A program made the translations under genes and the position numbers. From positions 16,864,001-16,928,000 of the forward strand of contig OX597835.1 of NCBI GenBank assembly GCA_951406725.2: a stretch of 64,000 nt of DNA. Reading direction: 5' to 3'. The stretch's first letter is position 1. Each line of letters starts with the position of its first letter. Below are positions 56,264-64,000 of this stretch, in pieces. The notes beneath the pieces are model-generated. The model made no database searches and was not told the origin of the DNA. It was given only the letters and a program-made list of their open reading frames with translations. The stretch is from Octopus vulgaris. Lineage: Eukaryota.

Positions 56264-56778
56264 TCTATATATATAAAACTCTAGTTGTGTGAGTGTCTGT
56301 CCCCTTCGATTTAGATTCCTAACTACTCCCAGATTTTGCGGTGCAGTTTAACCAAATTCGGGTATCTTATAGTCGTGATTAATATCGAGCCCGTCTGGCT
56401 ATTAGCGTGCGTCTACAATGAGTCTACGATTTTAAAAATAATTTAACATCATTTTTTATTCCATTTTAATGCATAATGTTTCGTGTGTCGATGGCGGCGG
56501 AGTTGGCGTCGTCTATGGTCACACCTGCACCTGTTTGCTTCTCCCCCTTCTTCCCTCCCTCGTGAGGCTGTGGAGAAGGGAGAGTAAGGAAATCAACGTC
56601 GTAAAGCGTTGTGAAGGAGACCAGCGTTCTTTTAGAACAACGACTTCATGGCTTGAAGACACCAAAACAGAAATGGCTAAGAAAGCCCGAATTGGCATCT
56701 ATAAGGGAAGTAACTCTCTAAAATGCTTATATAGTTATTTCCCTTACAAACCCGAGCAACGCCGGGCGATACTGCTAG
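56264..56778 (+). mobile_element. Non-autonomous Helitron
   Basis: Starts A|TC(tatatatataaa); ends with a GC hairpin cccgagcaacgccggg then CTAG|T; no TSD. Confidence 0.78.
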
Positions 56779-57181
56779 TTTTTTTATACAATTTTAATAT
56801 TGAATTCTTATCCGGCGATTTGGCTTGTTAGGACACCGTCCATCATCATCTTCTGAGTTCAAATTCCGTTGAGATCGACTTTACCTTTCATCTTTTTTCG
56901 GGGTTGATAAGATAAGTACCAGTTGAGAACTGGGGTCGATGTAATCCATCTACGGCCCCACCCCCACGGAGTTGCTTCCCTTATGCCAAAATTTTAAATT
57001 AATATCTAATTATGAAATACTGAAGGATTATTTCATATACACCGAACAGCTATGAAAGATCCAGTAGTATAAGATCGGAATCAAAGAAGTCCATTGGCAA
57101 AGAATGGTTCAGAATGACTGGTCAAAAGGAAGAATTAGAACGGAATGGTTTTTTTATATATTTCTCTCCCACACTCTCTTT

Positions 57182-57561
57182 ACTCTTTCTCTTTTACTCT
57201 TTTACTTGTTTCAGTCATTTAACTGCCACCATGCCGGAGCACCGCCTTTACTCGAGCAAATCGACCGCAGGACTAATTCTTTGGAAGCCTAGTACTTATT
57301 CTATCGGTCTCTTTTGCCGAATCGCTAAGTTACGGGGACGTAAACACGCCAGCATCGGTTGTCAAGCGATGTTTGGGGGACAAACATAGACACACAAACA
57401 CACACACACATATACATATATACGACGGGCTTCTTTCAGTTTACCTCTACCAAATCCTCTTACAAGGCTATAGTAGAAGACACTTGCCCAAGGTGCCACG
57501 CAGTGGGACTGAATCCGGAACCATGTGGCTGGTAAGCAAGCTACTTACCACACAGCCACTC
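57182..57561 (-). mobile_element. SINE family B (5'-half copies also at 30982-31148(+) and 43796-43951(+); 3' half at ~31645-31850(+))
   Basis: Colinear with other family B copies. Confidence 0.88.
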
Positions 57562-57580
57562 CAACTGAATGCCACAAAAA

Positions 57581-58393
57581 TTGGGTTGAGGAATAATTCA
57601 TGAGCTTTTTTTCAAATTTAAAAATGCACGCAGAAATAAAACGCATTGGCATAAAATGTTTTATGAGAATTTTTTTTTTCTACAAGATATTGTGTTTTGA
57701 TTTTTAAAATTTTATTGATTTTTGTGTATTTTCAGATCATTAAAATGGAGTGTCAAGTGGACAAAACTGAGAATTTTCGACACCACTTGATTTTTGCATT
57801 TAATCAAGTTGTCGAAGCTACTTGTGAGATTTGTGCTCTGTATGGAGAAGGAGCCATGCCTCAAAGTCCCGCCCGTTGTTGGTTTTCACGCTTCAAAAAT
57901 GGCAATTTTGACCTCAAGGTCGGATCACACACCAGTCGGCAAATTGAGTATTATGAAGAGCGATTTAACTAACTTTACAAAAATCCACGTCGAACGACCA
58001 GAGAATTGGCAGGGCAGATGGATTGTGTTAAAAAACCTGCTGAACCACATTTACACAATGGGCAAGGTTCAGAAACTCGCCAAAGACGCGATTCAAGAAC
58101 TTGTATGGGGAGTGCTGCCTTATCCTCCATACTCTCTAGAGTTGACGCCGTCAGATTTTTATCGCTTTCCACCGCTTTCGAACGCTTTGCGTGGTGTATC
58201 GTTTAATAACGACATGGAATTTGAGGGCTTGGTTGGACAAATTCTTTGAGCTAAAACCGGGAGATTTCTATCACCGAGGCATCGATAAACTTACAGAACG
58301 ATGAGAGGAAGTCCTAAACGATAACGGAGAGTATATTATTGGTTAATGTGTTGTGGTTATTTTGTTTAAAAAATGAATTATTCCACAACCCAA
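57581..58393 (+). mobile_element. Internally deleted Tc1/mariner (mariner-type) DNA transposon
   Basis: TIRs ttgggttgaggaataattcat / atgaattattccacaacccaa followed by TA; HTH remnant (ICALYGEGA...WFSRFKNGNFDL) and YSPDLAPSD-like remnant (PYPPYSLELTPSDFYRF); central catalytic region missing. Confidence 0.88.
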
Positions 58394-58848
58394 TACATAC
58401 AAACCTTTCGTCTCAGATAAATGGTAACTTTCCAGCATTTACTCTCGTAGTTAACTACATTTCCTGGTTTTCGGTTTCTGTATGTCTGTATGCATATGTG
58501 TGTATGTGTGTGTCTGTATGTGTGTGAGTGGGTGTGCTTGTGTGTGTCTATATGTGTGTGAGCGTGGGAGCGTCTGTGTGTATGACTATGCAGTTATACA
58601 TATGATATAGCTCTTCACAAATACGTACATATATGCCCTTATATACATGTACACATATACACACACGCACAAACACATGCATATATGTATATATGCATAT
58701 ATATATGCCTGTATATATATATGTATTTATATATGTATATATGCAGATATGAAATATGTATACATACGTGCGTATATTTGTATATATTTATGTATGTGTG
58801 TATATATATATATATATTCGTGTACATGTTTTAGGTATACATACGTGT

Positions 58849-59136
<288 letters not shown>

Positions 59137-59540
59137 TAGACACAGACAGATATCCACACAGACATACTAACGCATACGCAAACCCCTAAGTTATGGATTT
59201 CAGCCATGTCATATATATTACATATTTCCTGTCACATAGATAAATCGCTGAGCGAATTTATAAAGTTGATAATGAGCGAGAAGTTTATATAATTGTTACC
59301 CACGGCTAGGCAGGTGAAATGTAATATATGGGCTTTCATCTACTTTCCTTATAATTACGATTATAATCTAATGGTTTAATTGGTTTCAAATTCTCTTATC
59401 TTGTTATCGAGAACTGTATTGTACTCTAGATCCGACGGGGTTCCTCATTGAAGACGTTTATATCACATCTTCCTGCTTCTCATACAGTGTTTTGGTGTGT
59501 CAAGCTTTCTATAATCAAAATGTAAAGATAGCACATGGAC

Positions 59541-59599
<59 letters not shown>

Positions 59600-59605
59600 C
59601 CTCTT

Positions 59606-59675
<70 letters not shown>

Positions 59676-59867
59676 TACGTATATGTATATAGATTCCTGT
59701 TCTATTATAGGGGTTTGATCAGCAGAAACGTATCCCCTCTAGTGAAAGATAAATAACATTTAATACACACGGTATTTAGATAAGAGTTATTCATAGTTTC
59801 ATGCGGTGGAAAGAAAATAATTCGGCAGATTTCTATTTCACAAAGCACAATATATAAGTGTGCCGAA

Positions 59868-59934
<67 letters not shown>

Positions 59935-60415
59935 CATATATTAAACAAAATGGAAATACTATAAGAAATTTATTGTGAATGAGAGGAAGAAGATATTTAC
60001 ATTCTTATCGAGAGGTGTTACCGGTTTCAGTTATTTAAACTAAATTTGTCATCGTATAAGGGAAAGATGAATTAACTGAAACTGAAGTATCCCGATAGCA
60101 ACTTTCAAAGTTCATATGTTTTTGTTACAAAATATACATGGTAGTAGTTGTTGGTAATACTAGAAGTCACAGCTTTAACAGTGACTGCTGTCTTCATTTC
60201 CTATTTATTATTTGATAGCACTACTATTGTCATGACTAAATCAGTTCAAATAACTGAAAATGGTAGCGTATTTTCATAAAATATATTTTCTTCCTCTTAT
60301 TCTTGATGTAATCCTAGTAATAAAATAGATTCGTAGTCTATTCTTTTGTTTATATTATACATTCGGTTGAATGAAAATCTTTAACATATATGTGTATGTA
60401 TTGCTAGTTTTTATG

Positions 60416-60460
<45 letters not shown>

Positions 60461-60595
60461 GGTCTAACATAAAACTGAAAGATTTTAGTACATTTATCAA
60501 TCTTTATAAGGAAATGGTTGGCAGTGACTTCGAAGTTTCATCTTGATCACCATCATCAGCCAATTTAATGAATGCGAGCAAACCGAAACTTGGAC

Positions 60596-60642
<47 letters not shown>

Positions 60643-60656
60643 CATGCATAGTAATC

Positions 60657-60689
<33 letters not shown>

Positions 60690-61373
60690 TTTTTAATTTT
60701 TTATTTTATTTATTTATTTATTTTTTTTGTTCTTTTCTTCCCTTTTACGATCCCTCTTGATCGAAAACCTACGCCACCCCTTTATTTTTGTTTTGTTTCT
60801 TGTTCTTTTCATCCCCCAAAAGAAAAGCTCTACCTTGTAACTTGTCCCATCTATGTGCAGCCCTGTGTGGCCAATAAAGAAACTTATCTATCTATCTACC
60901 TGGCTATCAATGTTTGTTGATATGCAATATTGTTTTTGAAAGAAAATATTTTTGCTAAATAGAAAGAATTTCCCATTGGAATAAACAGAATAAATAAAAG
61001 AGAATCTGGTTAGCAGAATCACAGACAAAGAGACTCATGTAAATAAATATCGGTTGTTGTTATTTTTTAATATAAGCAGTAAATTCTTCAGTCTTACTTG
61101 CTTACTGTTCCTGTAAATATTGATAAGAAAACATCTGGCCACCATTTTCTTTTTTCATAGATATTAAATGACGCCATACTGGGACACTGTTGAGAGCAAT
61201 CTACGAGTTCTGTGTGCTGGTGTGCTTGTGCGATTTTGTTATTATTGTTATTATTATTATTTTTCATTTTTTTTTTGTGTTCAGTGTTATTGTGCTTGCG
61301 TGTTCCGTTCAGTCACCGATGTGTTAAGCGTTAGACACAAACATGGCGGATAAGCATGCTAAGTCGTACTTAC

Positions 61374-61385
61374 CTGACCGATTGC
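61374..61385 (-). CDS. Candidate 12-nt microexon (AIGQ) of the cadherin gene
   Basis: Minus strand reads ...ttcttttctttcttttcatcgtttctcag|GCAATCGGTCAG|gtaagt: pyrimidine tract, CAG acceptor and consensus CAG|GTAAGT donor; phase 0-0 matches the next exon. Confidence 0.62.
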
Positions 61386-61584
61386 CTGAGAAACGATGAA
61401 AAGAAAGAAAAGAATATATATTTATAGTGAGAAAGATAAATAGATTAATAGATAGATAGATAGATAGATAGAAAGAGTGTTAGAGTTAGATAGAGAGAAA
61501 AAGGGCGAGAGAGAGAGAGAGAGAGCGCGAGAGCAAGCGAGAGAGTGAGAGAGATAGATAGAGATAAAAACAGATGTCGACAGA

Positions 61585-61616
<32 letters not shown>

Positions 61617-61843
61617 CTTTCACTATATATATAGAGTGAAAGATAAATAACTACATAAACAGAAACACACACGCAAAGAGAGAAAGAGAGAGAGAGAGGA
61701 AGTGAGAAATATAAAGAAACAGAAATATAGATTGACAGAAAGAAAATAATGAATAAACATACATATATATATATATTAAATTCAATGAGACCATAAAGCT
61801 AAGGCAGTGTGAAATTTCTAGGACATTTATAAAGAAAACGGTA

Positions 61844-61891
61844 GTCTTACAGCTGTTTCAGGGATATGAAGGATATTGCTTCATCAGAGAC
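61844..61891 (-). ncRNA. Minimal type I hammerhead ribozyme motif (Penelope-type), stem II slightly degenerate
   Basis: Minus strand: gtct-CTGATGA-agcaatat ccttc atatccct-GAAAC-agct-GTA-agac. Stem I gtct/agac, palindromic stem III ACAGCTGT, stem II 6 of 8 paired. Confidence 0.68.
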
Positions 61892-62110
61892 GATATGAGA
61901 GAGTTAAATAGAGGGAAATAGTAGAGTTCAATATAAGAAGTTATTTTGGAAAGGGAGAGATATAGGAAGCATAAAATGAAATCAGGGAATAAAAATGAAA
62001 CTATAGGTTGGATGTTACGCTTGCAGTTCGATTATCCAAGGAAAGCACTTTTTCTTTAAAAATGTCCAAGAAATTCCACACTACCTTGACTTTGTTGTCT
62101 CATTATATTT

Positions 62111-62165
<55 letters not shown>

Positions 62166-63105
62166 CATTTCAAGAATATAAATACCTCTTAAAAGGATGT
62201 CAGCATCCAGGTTCCCCAGTTTTATATGCATGTATGTAAATGATTGACACCCCACCTCAGCATATTCAGCCGTATGAGGGCCAAAGTATTTTATATTTTG
62301 TCCTCCTTTTCCCTTTCTTTTTCAGGATGATCTTGATAAAATGTGGAGAAAGCAAAACCCTTATACAGCCCATGCAATTATCTGTTTAACCCTTTTGTCA
62401 CCAATCCGCCTAAAACCGCTTCTGGTTTTGTTGTAGAAATGTCTTGTTTTCAAAAGTTTTGAATCAGAATTTTCCAGCAAACCTTAGTCACAATTTATGT
62501 TCGCAACACTAGCTAAGTTATTTTACTAAATTCTTTGTTGTATTTAAACTTAATTGAAAGAAACAAAGAGCATCTCCACAGAAATATGGTAACAAAAGGG
62601 TTAATTGGTTTGGATGGGACCATTCACATATTTTGGTTGTGCTGGTAGCAACAGTTGGTGCAAGTATGCCATGAGATTGATAAAAAGCACGACCTCAAAC
62701 GAGTGGCCGTTGACCCTCCTGTGTTCCTCCACCCTCTGCCTGGTCGTGTTTTCCATCATCCAGGGTATCCAATACGAAGCCTTCTGATCAAGAAAGCTTG
62801 GTGGAGTCGCCGGTTTAGCGAGAGAGATAAACAGATGAATAAACAGAAACAGAAAGAGAGAGAGAGAGAGAGAAACAGAAAGAGAGAGAGAGTGGGAGAG
62901 AAAGAGAGAGGAGAAAACATCAGACATTTTGATAAAGAAAAGAATGGGTATATGTATGTATATATATAACAACTTTATATTAATCTGATGGGTTGCTCTA
63001 TACTTTTAAACAAGAATGCTGTTGAGATTGACTTCGACGTTTCGGTCAGTTAAGCCATCATTGGCTTGACTACGAAGTTACTGTCAACAACATTCTATCT
63101 ATATG

Positions 63106-63161
<56 letters not shown>

Positions 63162-63217
63162 TGTGTGTATGTGTATGTGTGTATGTATGTATGTATGTAT
63201 GTATGTATGTATGTATG

Positions 63218-63257
<40 letters not shown>

Positions 63258-63288
63258 GATGAATAGTTGCATGGTCAGAAACTGAGAG

Positions 63289-63338
<50 letters not shown>

Positions 63339-63606
63339 GACAGAGAGAGAAACATAGACAGATACATAAAGATAAAGAGAGATACAGTCACAGACAGAGA
63401 GGGAAAGAGTTGAAACAATAAATTATTGGTTAAGAATATTATTTTAAAGAGACATTTCTTACGCCAGGAAGAATTCAATGTAAACGGTTGAAATAAGAAA
63501 TTGAAGAAAAGACAAAAAAATATGACTGAAATATTTTTTTTTGAGCATAAAAAAAAAATAATAGTGAGCAAAGAATAATTCCTGTCCCGCTTTAATCTAC
63601 CATCCT

Positions 63607-63647
<41 letters not shown>

Positions 63648-63679
63648 TCCTATGTTTTCTCCGCGTTGTCGTCTTCATC

Positions 63680-63786
63680 ATCTTCTTTATCGTCGTTGTC
63701 ATCATCATCATCATCATCATCATCACCACCACCAACGATATCCTCCTCCTTCTCCTTCCCATGGTTATCATCATCATCATCAACAC

Positions 63787-63856
<70 letters not shown>

Positions 63857-63929
63857 GTCATCGTCATCATCATCATCATCATCGTCATCGTCATCGTCAT
63901 CATCATCATCATCATCGTCATCGTCATCG

Positions 63930-63961
<32 letters not shown>

Positions 63962-64000
63962 GTCATCATCATCATCATCATCGTCATCGTCATCGTCATC
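63680..64000. repeat. (CAT)n/(CGT) trinucleotide microsatellite
   Basis: Direct reading. Confidence 0.95.

Noticed and set aside
57697-58249. Functional mariner transposase or SETMAR-like gene
   Set aside because: Frameshifts, stops and deletion of the catalytic core; element relic only.
61098-61110. Second tiny-exon candidate (tttacag|GAACA|gtaagc or a 13-nt variant)
   Set aside because: Lengths of 5 or 13 nt break the frame, and the donors have poor exonic context.
62601-62972. Non-repetitive ORFs near 62.6-62.8 kb as a possible upstream cadherin exon
   Set aside because: No cadherin motif in any minus frame and no convincing splice sites; identity unresolved.

Overview
This is eukaryotic, AT-rich DNA saturated with microsatellites. 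Its SINE and LINE repertoire looks like an octopus (coleoid cephalopod) genome, which is an inference from repeat recognition. Nearly all ORFs in the supplied track are simple-repeat artefacts. The real content is the interior of one large minus-strand cadherin gene resembling Cad87A/CDH23 non-classical cadherins. Eight exons between 40942 and 5435 splice via GT-AG sites into one uninterrupted frame of about 344 aa covering roughly three and a half extracellular cadherin repeats, and a candidate 12-nt microexon lies at 61374-61385. Both ends of the gene are outside the window. The introns hold several tRNA-derived SINE families (some with target-site duplications), Penelope-like, CRE-like and R4/Dong-like retroelement fragments, a deleted mariner, a non-autonomous Helitron and foldback elements. 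The most unusual observations are: a 12-copy ~76-bp tandem array built from an exon's 3' end plus its splice donor; the frame-preserving microexon; a sense-strand minimal hammerhead ribozyme about 460 nt upstream of it; a (TAA)n tract holding three stacked insertions; and SINEs that share heads and tails combinatorially.
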